IMG/VR virus record: IMGVR_UViG_3300032030_000040 | Span: 33,913 to 97,912 of that record | Reading direction: 5' to 3' (one strand) | Length of the DNA stretch: 64,000 nt | DNA from: a virus | Taxonomy: Duplodnaviria > Caudoviricetes | In this document: positions 1-9,838 of the stretch, piece by piece | How the letters are laid out: every line of letters starts with the position of its first letter | How positions within the stretch are numbered: the first letter of the stretch is position 1 | The notes under the pieces: model-generated | Seen by the model: the letters and a program-made list of their open reading frames with translations, nothing else | What the model was told of the DNA's origin: nothing | Databases searched by the model: none | Position numbers and translations under genes: made by a program

Positions 1-153
1 CAAGAAAGTAGAAAGCTCTGACTCATGTTCTGAGTGGGAAGATTACGAAGAGAAATAATTTTTAGTAGTTGCTTGCTGCCTGGGGTCGTCTGCCTGTCTT
101 GATTAACGGCATGACTAAGTGGACGGCCCCTTTACAGCGAAAACCGAAATGAA

Positions 154-660
154 ATGAAGGAATATACAATCAACGTAAGAACAGACGGGAGCGCCGTTAT
201 AGCGTCAGACCCGTGGAGTCACAGTTGCGAACTGGATGCAGACCCATTCGTTTACAAGGAAGGGATGAAGGTTGTCGATATCTTCAGTGAAGTTGTGACG
301 ATTAAGGAGATTCTAAAGTTCCCTCCTTCAAGGCCTGGCTGTTGTCCTGAGTGGAATATCCGAGTTGAGGAAAACGGGAATACCTACCGTTATACCGAGA
401 TTGCAGGCCCGTTTGTCTGTGAACTTACCAAAGAGCAACTCGATAGGCTGGTAGGAAAGAAGGAAGAGTCAAAGGAACGTGCTGATGGCGTTTTCGAGGT
501 CGGCGATATCGTCAAGACCAAGAAGGGTATCATGGTTCCTATTATCGACAAGGGAGAGATAAAGTCTGTGCTGTCTGGCGGATGGTATGAAGTCATCCAT
601 GACGGTTTCATGACCAATGTAAGAGGTACGGCTATGGAGCTGTTTTGCAAACCAAAGTAG
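154..660 (+). CDS. Hypothetical phage protein
   Basis: 168-aa ORF co-oriented with neighbours. Confidence 0.6.
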   Translation: MKEYTINVRTDGSAVIASDPWSHSCELDADPFVYKEGMKVVDIFSEVVTIKEILKFPPSRPGCCPEWNIRVEENGNTYRYTEIAGPFVCELTKEQLDRLVGKKEESKERADGVFEVGDIVKTKKGIMVPIIDKGEIKSVLSGGWYEVIHDGFMTNVRGTAMELFCKPK

Positions 661-929
661 AGTGGATATGGAGGCGTTAGAGGCAATAGGCTTAGTGGCA
701 GGTGGAGTGCTTTGTATCATTCTGGCATTAGCAGATATCCTGTTCATCCTGATAACAATCAATTCAGGAAAACTGGAATATGGGAAAAGGAAGTAATCAG
801 GTCTGTATGCAATGTGAGACGGCCTTCAATGCCATCAATGGGCGTTTCTGTCGGAAGCTCAACGGGTATGTTGAGTATGCCAAAGAGCCGCCATGTGGGA
901 AAGTCGAGTCAAACCAAAAGCAATGAGAT

Positions 930-1283
930 ATGAATAAAGTCAAGCATCTTAAAATGGTCACTTGTTCATGGTTCCCCATGAAGGGTTATGTGGCAATAAC
1001 CATCCTTCGCTGGATGATTGTCAGGAAAGAGTATGTCAACAAGGTTTCTCCGATAGTGAAGAACCATGAGGACATTCACTATGCACAGGAGCGAGAGCTG
1101 TGGTATATCGGTTTCTATCTTATGTACGTGCTGATGTTCGCCTGGAACTTCCTGAAGATATGGAACTGGAGTAAGGCCTACCGTGCCATACCGTTTGAGG
1201 TGGAAGCGTATGCCAATGCAATGAACCTTGGATATCTGGAAAGCAGAAAACGTTTCGCATGGAAGAAAGGAGGTCAGGGATGA
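930..1283 (+). CDS. Membrane-associated protein with HExxH zincin-like motif
   Basis: NHEDIHYAQERE ... FEVEAY plus a hydrophobic segment. Confidence 0.55.
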   Translation: MNKVKHLKMVTCSWFPMKGYVAITILRWMIVRKEYVNKVSPIVKNHEDIHYAQERELWYIGFYLMYVLMFAWNFLKIWNWSKAYRAIPFEVEAYANAMNLGYLESRKRFAWKKGGQG

Positions 1284-1425
1284 TTTGCACATTCTGCAGG
1301 GGCATAGGCTGTCTGTTGAAGAACGGTTGCCTACGCTGGTTGAGGAACCCTCTTCCAGCAGACAAAGACGATCATGCAATAGACAAGTGTGATGAGGAAT
1401 CGAGGGACTTATATGTAACGAAGGA

Positions 1426-1704
1426 ATGATGATGGAGAAAGCAGGGAATCAGCAGACTAACGGGAGCATCGAGAACAGGAACCCTGTCAATGCTCAGGAA
1501 GGCATGGAGCTGTTTGTCCTTGGCTATCGTAAGGCCATGAAGGACGTGAAGGCCAGGCTCCTTGCATCGAGGCGTAAGATGGTGGAAGCCTACGGGAAGA
1601 GTCTCGGGACGGTTCCAGACAAGGAGGCTTACCATGGAGCGACGGCTATCATGGCTCTGGAGGTTGAAATGCTCATAGAGGAATTGGGGAAGGTAGCTGT
1701 ATGA
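1426..1704 (+). CDS. Hypothetical phage protein
   Basis: ATGA overlap with next gene. Confidence 0.55.
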   Translation: MMMEKAGNQQTNGSIENRNPVNAQEGMELFVLGYRKAMKDVKARLLASRRKMVEAYGKSLGTVPDKEAYHGATAIMALEVEMLIEELGKVAV

Positions 1705-2081
1705 AGGTACACCGTTTCATGTCTGAGGGGGAATATCTGAAGCTGCTGTCTGGCGAAATGCTCTATAATGACAGCAGGCATGAAGGATGGCTGACAACGA
1801 GCGTTGGCTTCTGCTTCTTCACGGAAGACCCAGACGATGCCATTCATTGGCTGAGTGGTGTTACAGACCCAGAGTATTGTGTCACGATGGAGATTGACGA
1901 GAGGTGCCTGAAAAAGTCTGTAGGCCATTATCGCAATCCAGATGGTGGAGCAATAGATAAGACGGAATACAGTTGCATCTTCTATTCGCTGAAGACCGCA
2001 AGGATTCTAAACGTCACGGAGAAATACAGGGACAGGGCAGAGCTCAGGAAGATACTTAGAGAGTTAGGTGTTCTGCCATAA
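1701..2081 (+). CDS. Hypothetical phage protein
   Basis: 126-aa ORF coupled to upstream gene, ends before promoter cassette 1. Confidence 0.6.
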   Translation: MKVHRFMSEGEYLKLLSGEMLYNDSRHEGWLTTSVGFCFFTEDPDDAIHWLSGVTDPEYCVTMEIDERCLKKSVGHYRNPDGGAIDKTEYSCIFYSLKTARILNVTEKYRDRAELRKILRELGVLP

Positions 2082-2198
2082 AAAACTTGTAATTTTCCCG
2101 AAAAAACTTGCCTAAAAATTTGCATATTTGATAAATTCTTTGTACCTTTGAAGTAGCAAATAAGATAAGTTATTCACATTCAAAACTTCAAGATTATG
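2082..2198 (+). promoter_or_regulatory. Repeated promoter/leader cassette copy 1
   Basis: TTTG 2119-2122, 20-nt spacer, TACCTTTG 2143-2150, then GTAGCAAATAAGATAAGT...CATTCAAAACTT...ATTATG. Confidence 0.85.
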
Positions 2199-2534
2199 GC
2201 AAGTACAGTTAAAAACATCGAGAGTGCAAACAAGAGTTTGGTAATGAAGGCAGCTTGGGCTATCCTCAAGAAAGCCGAGGTAAGAACGTTGAGCGAGGCC
2301 ATGAAGCAGGCTTGGAAGGCCGTCAAGTTGAAGGTTGCTATGGCCAAGGGCGTAGTGAAGTTCCAGTACCGCAAGGCCAGTGGCGAGATTCGTACAGCTA
2401 TCGGTACCCTGAAATCAGGTGTGGTCAACTATGAGCCGAAGGGTACAACCCGTAAGCCGTGCTACTCTACCGTCGCCTATTGGGACATCGAGAAGAAGGG
2501 CTTCCGTTCGTTCTGCATCAGCCACTTAATCTAA
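2196..2534 (+). CDS. SH3 beta-barrel (WYL_2/DUF2693-like) protein
   Basis: VKFQYRKASGEIRTAIGTL...YWDIEKKGFRSF motif. Confidence 0.7.
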   Translation: MASTVKNIESANKSLVMKAAWAILKKAEVRTLSEAMKQAWKAVKLKVAMAKGVVKFQYRKASGEIRTAIGTLKSGVVNYEPKGTTRKPCYSTVAYWDIEKKGFRSFCISHLI

Positions 2535-2535
2535 T

Positions 2536-2721
2536 ATGGGAAAGAAGATAAGGAAAGTCGCTAACGGTGTGGAGCTATGGGAAAACGCCCTGCTCCTCAT
2601 CCGTTGCCCTAAATGCGGAAAGGAGAACTGGGCACCGCATGTAGCCTCTGGCACCTGTATTTGGTGCGGCTATGATGCAAGGGAGTTATTAACACAAGAA
2701 GAAAAGGAGAAATTATCATGA
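2536..2721 (+). CDS. Small zinc-ribbon protein
   Basis: CPKC...CIWC. Confidence 0.6.
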   Translation: MGKKIRKVANGVELWENALLLIRCPKCGKENWAPHVASGTCIWCGYDARELLTQEEKEKLS

Positions 2722-4274
2722 TACAGAAAGTAAAGCAGCAGTATTACGAAATGGGCTTTCACCTGATGTCGGGTGTGCTCGTTGATGAGACATTAGCACC
2801 GCAACTGGAGGCTGTTCTGTCTGAGACTCGTGAAAAGGTAAAGAAGCTTGTCCTTGAAAACAAGGAGCATATTCTTGAAACCAATTCATGCACCGTCTAT
2901 CCCAAAGGTAAGAGTACAGAAGTTTCCATGTCTATGCCGAAGGGAATATTTGACCTTGGTCTTAAAGGGAAGTTCAAAATAATGGATAGTGCCCTGGGCA
3001 TCAATAAGGTCGAGCACGTCTTTGTGTCTGACGAGAGAAGCGAGGAAAAGGTAAAGGCTTTCGCTCAGAGAGCCATCGAAGACGATCTGGATGCGAAAGG
3101 AGGTTCCCTATGAGCAACACGAAGAACGTCCGGCTTGCCATGATTGACGAGCTGGTGACAAGGAACGACGCTAATGTGCGGATGATAAACGCCAGAGCGT
3201 CACAGTCACGCAAGCCGATGCCTGACGATGACCGCAAAAGGTGTCAGGAGCTACGCAAGGCCAACACATGGCTGGGCAAGGCGAGGTACAGCATAGTTCA
3301 GGCTATCGCTGGAGCAGGCACCGAAGAGCCGAATCCCATCACGAAGCCCATACTTGCCGTGCGCTGTCATGAGTGCGGAGCAACCTATCTTGGCATTGCT
3401 CTTGCGTATGGTGTGGACTCGCAGCGTTCTCAGGAAATCATGCAGGCCGTGGCTGATGGTGACGAGGTGTTCATCACAGAGAACGTGCATCTGGAGGCGT
3501 GTAAGTGCCAGAAGCCGAAGGTTGACCCACAGAGCAGGATGGATAAGGATATCTGTACGGTATGCCGTCATTGCCTGTCCTGTATGTGTGGTGAAGAGTT
3601 CGAGGACTGTAAACTGAAGGAGGCTCATGGATAAGGACGTAAAGCTGTCCTTCTCCCAGCTAAGCAAGATGAAGCACGCCGTAGGGCTGAACAACATCAA
3701 TAAGCTGCCGAAGGACGGGAAGTATTCAGCTTACAGGAATTTCTATGCGACACAGAAGGAGGACGTGGATTGGGAAGAGCTTGTGAAGATAGGCCTTGCC
3801 ACCCGTCGCTTCATAGAGTGGAACAAGGAGTATTACTATAATGTCAGTCAGGCTGGGCTTGACTATCTGGGGAAGTTATTTGGTATAACCATAAAGGAAA
3901 TGAAATAGAAAAGTATGATTAAGGATAGTATGTTTTTCGCAGAGCGAACGATAGACGAGTACCGTGATATCAGTTTGCCAAAAGTCGTGAAAGAGTACCT
4001 ATTATTCAAGGGTACCCGCAACAAGAAAGGCGAGGCTGTCAACCAGAGAGTACGTCCGAAAGACCTGTGTAGTTCTGCTTTGTTCGTTTACAAGCTGAAG
4101 GACAATGCTACGAACAAGTCCGCAGTGGTGTACTATTGCGAGAGGGCAGCAAGAAGAATGGGTTCCATGGATGGCGAGTTTATTGTTATCAATGAAGAGT
4201 TCTGGAATGAGTGCGATAAATACAACAACAAAATGACTCAGGGAAGAGACAGAAAGGAGGATAGTCATGGATAA
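2718..4274 (+). CDS. Run of four coupled hypothetical genes (2718-3113, 3110-3634 Cys-rich, 3627-3908, 3915-4274)
   Basis: Overlapping or abutting stop/start codons on the same strand. Confidence 0.6.
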
Positions 4275-4938
4275 GTTCATGTTCAACGAGCGCTTTGGCT
4301 TGCAATCAGCAGCCATCGACGGGACAAAGACCGACACCAGACGGATTGAGAAAAGCCTGGCCGTTCTGCCTACAGAACTTGGAGAGGGTGAATACATGAT
4401 ACCCCATCTGGAGAACGACAGGTTTATCGTAAGGAAGTACTGGAAGGGTGCGCTTCTCGATACCTATACGATAGTGCCGAGGTTCAAGGTGGGTGATGTT
4501 GTGGCCATAGCCCAGAGATACAGTGAGTTCCTTTTGTTCAATCATGCCGTGATGGAAAAAGGAAAGCAAACGACTGCAGGAACCACAAAAGGCTGGAACA
4601 ACAAGATGTTCGTGAAGGCTGAGCTTATGCCAAATCGTGTCGAGATTACGAATGTCCGGCTTCAGAGGCTTCAGGATATCAGCGACGAGGATTGCTTGCA
4701 TGAGGGAATCAAGGAACATTACCCATATGTAAAATGGAATCCTAATGACAAACTGAAGTCCTACAGGTTCAGAGATAAGAAATCAAAGTACGGTTACTAT
4801 CAGCTGTCACCAGTGCGTGACTGTTTCGCAGAGTTTATCAATCGCGTCAGCGGTAAAGGGACATGGGAACGTAACCCGTGGGTTCTGGCATATTCATTCA
4901 AAAGAATCGAAAACAATGGCCAAGAAAGTAAAGAGTAA
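4267..4938 (+). CDS. ASCH/PUA-like phage protein
   Basis: AAIDGTKTDTRR...ITNVRLQRLQDISDEDCLHEGI...WERNPWV pattern. Confidence 0.65.
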   Translation: MDKFMFNERFGLQSAAIDGTKTDTRRIEKSLAVLPTELGEGEYMIPHLENDRFIVRKYWKGALLDTYTIVPRFKVGDVVAIAQRYSEFLLFNHAVMEKGKQTTAGTTKGWNNKMFVKAELMPNRVEITNVRLQRLQDISDEDCLHEGIKEHYPYVKWNPNDKLKSYRFRDKKSKYGYYQLSPVRDCFAEFINRVSGKGTWERNPWVLAYSFKRIENNGQESKE

Positions 4939-5287
4939 GTTCCTCATCATCGAGGGCAAGTGTAGCGAGTTCCTGGAAATCGACTTTGGAGCTGGCGGAG
5001 AGACGACGCAGGGCGTTGTAACAGAAGGCCCGTTCAAGGGCTGTGGCTTTATCTCAGTCGGAGGTGGTGGTTTCATGTGCTGTGATGACTGCAACAGAGG
5101 AATCCTACCGTCAGAGACCTGCTATTATGTGGCCGTGCTCAACCGTATATTCTGCAAGGAGTGTTTTGAGGACTGGCACCAGAGGGCGACCTACTATCAG
5201 GAGGATGCGCCAAGCGAGAGAAGGAACTATGCAGTGACGGCTTCCAAGTTGGCCAGTATCGGAATCGAGATAGAAGAAGAGTCATGA
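4916..5287 (+). CDS. Zinc-finger protein
   Basis: CCDDC...CKEC; in-frame ATG at 4916 preferred. Confidence 0.55.
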   Translation: MAKKVKSKFLIIEGKCSEFLEIDFGAGGETTQGVVTEGPFKGCGFISVGGGGFMCCDDCNRGILPSETCYYVAVLNRIFCKECFEDWHQRATYYQEDAPSERRNYAVTASKLASIGIEIEEES

Positions 5288-6600
5288 ACAAGCCTACAGA
5301 CGATCAGGTACGCTGGATGGTTCGCCACCCTATTACGACTATTCTATCCTTCGTGTTTGAACTGCCGTTCTATATACTGGAGCTGATGGAATGGCTCTTG
5401 TTAAAAGCGGAAACCAAGGAACAACGTATAATAAGAATCAAGGTGCAAAGAGCAATAGCATATTACATAATAAGGTTTTTCAGATATTTAGAGTCATGAA
5501 TACAAGTATAGCAAACAAGGCCATGCTCCGCTTTGCCAAGGAGTATGCACAGAAGAACTGGCTACTCGAAGGATGGGTAAGACCAGATGATTTCTGGGCA
5601 AACAAGGTTGAAAAGTTCCTGCATCCAGAGAAGCCGCAGGTGATTGAGGTGAGCTTCGTTGCTCCAGTCTTTGATGAAGACAGGGAGAAGGGGGACTACT
5701 GGAAGATTCCGAGAGTGAGGATTGACAGCTATTGGGGACACCCACGGCTCAATGTGGTTGACAAGGAACATAACTTCTGCTGTATCTCCTATGACCGAGA
5801 GACCAACAAATTCAAGGAAGGTCAGTTCTGGGGAGAGCACGGACTGGAGCTTGCTCAGCGAGTCAAGGCAAAAATAGAGTTGTATATCCAGATGATGAAG
5901 GACGGTTACGATATGCAGATAGAACAACAAAAGCAATAGAATATGAAGAACTTACCAGAAAGCATCTTCCTCAACTTAGGAGAACTGTCTGAGGAAGATT
6001 TCAGAGAGACCGATTTTGCGGAGGCCCGCAAGGAGTGGGAAATAACGTGGTGTGAAGACAAGGTGCATGAACACGACATCGAGTATGTCCGCAAGGACCT
6101 GGCAGAAGGTTCCAAGTGGCACAGGTACGATGAAGAGAAGCCCACGAAGGAGCTGAGTGCCTTAGTGGTTCATTCAGATACGAGTTTCGCCATCCGCTAT
6201 ACCATCAAGGACAGAAAGGGGAACTATGCCCTGCCAAAGAGCGAGAGAGGCTATGCGCCCTTGTTCTGGATGGAGGTGCCACAGATACCAGAGGAACTAA
6301 ATAGAAGGAGAAAGTAATATGGGACATGACCAGCCACAGATGCGGTTTTTTGCCGCAGAGCTTCGCAGGGAGCTCGAGAGGACAGCAGTGGAAGGCTGCT
6401 ATTGTGAAGTCGAGGACTACAATGACGGCACGGACGTACCGAAAATCAAGGTGAAGTCGAGTGCGCTCAATCCTGACCAGGCTTCTTTGTTCTGTCTTGA
6501 TGAAGTGGTAGAGTACTGCACCGCAAACGAGTTGCATCACTATGTGACAGTAGAACAGCAGCTGAGCGGGACAGTCATACCAATCATCGTAATCTTCTGA
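5284..6600 (+). CDS. Run of hypothetical genes (5284-5499, 5496-5939, 5943-6317 DUF551-like, 6319-6600)
   Basis: Tightly packed co-oriented ORFs; W..Y.EEKP...FWMEVP in 5943-6317. Confidence 0.55.
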
Positions 6601-6700
6601 CGGCAGTTGCGCTTCCTCAGTACTTACCTTATTTGCTACATGGGAAGTTTTGAATGAGGGGAAGCAGCCGTCTGGGGCATCCGCTTTGGGTGCCCCTTTT
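6599..6700 (+). ncRNA. Candidate 3'-UTR-derived antisense sRNA (stem-loop displaying complements of the cassette leader boxes) plus terminator
   Basis: Stem GACGGC..GCTTCCTCA / TGAGGGGAAGC..GCCGTC encloses TACTTACCTTATTTGCTAC and GAAGTTTTGAATG, followed by GGGGCATCC-GCTTT-GGGTGCCCC-TTTT. Confidence 0.55.
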
Positions 6701-6738
6701 CTAAAAAAGTTGTCGAACAAAATGAAGGAGAAATAGAA

Positions 6739-7278
6739 ATGGCAAGCAAACAGGAATCTCTTCAGGAATACTTTCTTATGGCAAAGGAGATCGCCAGACA
6801 GGAAAAGAGTCTCGGCATTGAGCATTGGGACTTCATTTCCATCGAGAGGGACGGTGACAAGGCAGGCGAGTATGTCAGGCTCTATCACTACGACCTTCCG
6901 AGGCAGATTGCGGAGAAGTACGACTGGGTTGTACGGTGGCGTGCTGCAAAGCTCCAGTGCCAATACCCTCGCTATGGTGTGCGCATCTACCATTCCCCAT
7001 ACAAGAAGGTGATGGGCGTGAACATCGGTATGCAAAAGGATATCGACACCTTTGTAGCTGCCAAGGCACAGTACACCAAGCAGAAGCGTATTCTTGACAC
7101 CTACATATCTGAGCAGAAGGTAATGAACATTTTCTTCAGCGAAGACACGGACCAGGAGGTAATCAGGATAAAGGCCAAGCTCGAAGTTAAGAGAGAAAAC
7201 ATCGAACAGGCAGAGGCAAGGCTTATCGAGAAGGTTAAACAATTCAAATCACAGCAACATGGGAAGACCTCAGTCTAA
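6739..7278 (+). CDS. Hypothetical phage protein
   Basis: 179-aa ORF. Confidence 0.65.
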   Translation: MASKQESLQEYFLMAKEIARQEKSLGIEHWDFISIERDGDKAGEYVRLYHYDLPRQIAEKYDWVVRWRAAKLQCQYPRYGVRIYHSPYKKVMGVNIGMQKDIDTFVAAKAQYTKQKRILDTYISEQKVMNIFFSEDTDQEVIRIKAKLEVKRENIEQAEARLIEKVKQFKSQQHGKTSV

Positions 7279-7516
7279 CGGACTTATAGAACTCGTTGAT
7301 TCCAAGAGCGAGAATAGCGGATTTTTCTGCATACAGCTGGTGAGCTATCTCAACGAGGAAAGAAAGATGGGTACGCCAGAGTATGCCGACTTGTGGGAAA
7401 TAAGGTTCTCGCAGGCCAAGAACCATAATTGCGCATACAAGGACAAATGCCCCATCTTTGCAAAGACCAAGGCAAAGAAGTCACACGTACCGATCCAACT
7501 GCAGCTTGATTTCTAA
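7259..7516 (+). CDS. Hypothetical phage protein
   Basis: 85-aa ORF overlapping upstream stop. Confidence 0.55.
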   Translation: MGRPQSNGLIELVDSKSENSGFFCIQLVSYLNEERKMGTPEYADLWEIRFSQAKNHNCAYKDKCPIFAKTKAKKSHVPIQLQLDF

Positions 7517-7544
7517 AACACTATCGGGAGTCGATGCCTGAAAA

Positions 7545-7659
7545 TTTCTTGTAATTTCCCCGAAAAAATATGCCTAAAAACTTGCATATTTGATAAACTT
7601 TTTGTACCTTTGTAATAGCAAATAAGATAAATACAAACTTTCAAAACTTAGGAATCATG
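7545..7659 (+). promoter_or_regulatory. Repeated promoter/leader cassette copy 2
   Basis: CTTGCATATTTGATAAACTTTTTGTACCTTTG-TAATAGCAAATAAGATAA...TTCAAAACTTAG...ATG. Confidence 0.85.
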
Positions 7660-7986
7660 CAGAAAATTAGTTTGAAGAAAGAGACAATCAAGGCCATCGC
7701 AGACCGAATCAACGGTACTGAAGCCTCTGGCCAGTTGACAACTGTCACTGATGCGGAGTTCGAGCAGGACGGTTTCCTTATCATGGTAGATTACGAGGTC
7801 TATGGTGAGTGGCGTGACCAACAGATGAGACACAGCGAGGTTCCCTATAACAACATCGAGGACCTGTCAGGCTGGGAGCGTGACGGTGCAGCCATCAGCT
7901 TCATCAATGCCTATGGGGATGACGGTGAAGACGTGGAGATTGCCCAGAGCGACCTTGATGCCCTGATGGAAGAGATAGCAGCTTAA
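7657..7986 (+). CDS. Acidic hypothetical protein
   Basis: 109 aa, very D/E-rich, first gene after cassette 2. Confidence 0.65.
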   Translation: MQKISLKKETIKAIADRINGTEASGQLTTVTDAEFEQDGFLIMVDYEVYGEWRDQQMRHSEVPYNNIEDLSGWERDGAAISFINAYGDDGEDVEIAQSDLDALMEEIAA

Positions 7987-8037
7987 CTGAGGACAGGGGG
8001 CTTGCTCCCTTTCTCTTCACCATAAAATCAGAGAAGA

Positions 8038-8373
8038 ATGAAACTATACATTGCAACACCAATCAACTCCAGAACGGAGAAGACGTTAGAAGAGAAGAAA
8101 CGTGCGGCCAAGCACCGAATAAATCTCCTGAAGGAAATCATCAGCAGCGATATGCGCTTCAGAAAGTATGACAAGCTGGTGAGCACCTTTGACATCAAGC
8201 AGATTATCAGCACGACTACTGAGGAAGTGGCATTAGGCCACTGTGTGACGGCAGTCCTTCAGAGCGATGCCATCTATCTCGATCACGGCTGGAACGCCAG
8301 TAACGGGTGTAACCTCGAATACCGAGCAGCTAAGATTTACGGGAAGGCTATTTACGAACACGATAAAATGTAA
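8038..8373 (+). CDS. DUF4406-like (nucleoside deoxyribosyltransferase-like fold) protein
   Basis: KLYIATPI...DAIYLDHGWNASNGCNLEYRAAKIYGK. Confidence 0.7.
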   Translation: MKLYIATPINSRTEKTLEEKKRAAKHRINLLKEIISSDMRFRKYDKLVSTFDIKQIISTTTEEVALGHCVTAVLQSDAIYLDHGWNASNGCNLEYRAAKIYGKAIYEHDKM

Positions 8374-8378
8374 GCATT

Positions 8379-8864
8379 ATGAACAAAGAGACTATTCAGG
8401 GATTCACCGTAGAGTGTTACGACAGCTGGAAGTTCTGTCAGGATGAAGAGCAGAACAAGGTGGTGGCACAGCTTCCTCATCTGGCATACGATGAGCTGCT
8501 GCATCACCGGAGCATGGAGCGTGGTAAGGTGTATCGGGCACAGCTGACGCTCGACGTGTCTAATCAGGATATGGAGGTGCCGATGAAGCCCGCATACCTT
8601 GGGGAAATGTTCAAGCACAACTTCGTCGAGACCACCGACAAGAAGAATGTCTTTGTCGGCTGGATAGTAAGGACTCGGACGAACTACAGCGATAAGGACA
8701 GCCTGACGTTCTATCTTGAGCACCCAGGCCCAGGAATACAGAGGTGGTGCGGAATCTGTTTCGGTTACGGAATGTTCTGGCATCCCATGCCATCGACTAT
8801 GCTCATGGATAGCACCCCACTTAACACCCCATTGAAATGCTTATTGACCATCGAGTTAATATAG
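8379..8864 (+). CDS. Hypothetical phage protein
   Basis: 161-aa ORF. Confidence 0.6.
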   Translation: MNKETIQGFTVECYDSWKFCQDEEQNKVVAQLPHLAYDELLHHRSMERGKVYRAQLTLDVSNQDMEVPMKPAYLGEMFKHNFVETTDKKNVFVGWIVRTRTNYSDKDSLTFYLEHPGPGIQRWCGICFGYGMFWHPMPSTMLMDSTPLNTPLKCLLTIELI

Positions 8865-8905
8865 AGACACAGCGCCATGCGCTGGAATTTGCTAAGTTTT
8901 GAAGT

Positions 8906-8945
8906 TGTAGCTGCTCGTCAGGGATGATAGGCAGCTACATTTTTT
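8906..8945 (+). terminator. Rho-independent terminator preceded by anti-leader sequence
   Basis: TGTAGCTGC...GCAGCTACA followed by a T-run. Confidence 0.75.
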
Positions 8946-8984
8946 AACGTGGATTTGCTTACATATTTTAACGTTATTCTTCAA

Positions 8985-9081
8985 AACTTTCTGGCCGAAA
9001 ACTTGCATATTTGATAAACTTTTTGTACCTTTGAAGTAGCAAATAAGATAAGTAACAACAATTCAAAACTTCAAAATTATG
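8985..9081 (+). promoter_or_regulatory. Repeated promoter/leader cassette copy 3
   Basis: Same -33/-7 and leader boxes ahead of ATG 9079. Confidence 0.85.
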
Positions 9082-9645
9082 GCAAATACTTGTTTTACGG
9101 ACTACACGTTTGTAGGAGAGCCAGAGAAAGCGAAGAAGCTGCTGGCAGATTTGAAGAGAGTCATTAACACCAAGCGTAAGGATTTAGGTCCTGACACCTA
9201 CCTGTCTGAAAGCGACTGGCTGGGATGGATAGTAAGGGACTTGCTTGGCAAGGATGAGAAGGCCGACAATATCCATTGTGGGGGGACGTTCTATCTGGAG
9301 GATGAGCTGACCAATAACGAGGTACGCTTTACGACGGCGACACGCTGGACGCCCTGCAGGGAAATGTTCAAGATGCTTGCAGAGAAGTACGGCCTTGACC
9401 ATTACTACTACGCAGAGGAAATCGGCTGTGAGCTGCTGGAAACCAATGACGACCAAGGAATGTACTATACCAACCGCTACATGGTCACTGGCTCAGACAT
9501 CGAGGACCAGTATTTCGATACCAAGGAAGATGTGCTGGCCATGCTCAAGGAAGAGCTCGGCAAGGATTTCGGTAGCTGGGAGGAAATGAGAGCCGATGAA
9601 GAGAATACCTACGAATACAATGTTTATGAGATAGACGTAGTGTAA
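9079..9645 (+). CDS. Acidic protein, DUF1281/ferredoxin-like fold family
   Basis: MANTC...FTTATRWTP...YYYAEEIGCE pattern. Confidence 0.5.
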   Translation: MANTCFTDYTFVGEPEKAKKLLADLKRVINTKRKDLGPDTYLSESDWLGWIVRDLLGKDEKADNIHCGGTFYLEDELTNNEVRFTTATRWTPCREMFKMLAEKYGLDHYYYAEEIGCELLETNDDQGMYYTNRYMVTGSDIEDQYFDTKEDVLAMLKEELGKDFGSWEEMRADEENTYEYNVYEIDVV

Positions 9646-9692
9646 TTATCCATAGGCGAAAAAGAATCCGTGAGGACACTTTGAGCAACCGC

Positions 9693-9730
9693 AAGACCGC
9701 CAAGGCAAAGGGCTTTGAGCGGTCTTTTTT
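9693..9730 (+). terminator. Rho-independent terminator
   Basis: AAGACCGC...GCGGTCTT followed by T-run. Confidence 0.7.
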
Positions 9731-9741
9731 GGTGTCTGGTA

Positions 9742-9810
9742 CTGCACGTTTGAGTTCACCGCTTTGCGAGACAGAAATCCCTTCACCTATTTCATTTATA
9801 CTTAATTTTG
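9742..9810 (+). promoter_or_regulatory. Putative late promoter of structural operon
   Basis: CTGCAC-N5-AGTTCAC-N43-TAATTTTG; same spacing before lysis operon; no -33 TTTG. Confidence 0.55.
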
Positions 9811-9838
9811 CTATCGTAAACCAAAGTATCAGGAAAAA

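Noticed and set aside
1701-2081. Possible second ART-like protein (HRFMS...TTS.GF...EY)
   Set aside because: Motif resemblance too weak to call without a structure search.
6621-6656. Inverted promoter-cassette copy on the - strand
   Set aside because: Box order is wrong for an inversion, and there is no promoter part or - strand gene start.
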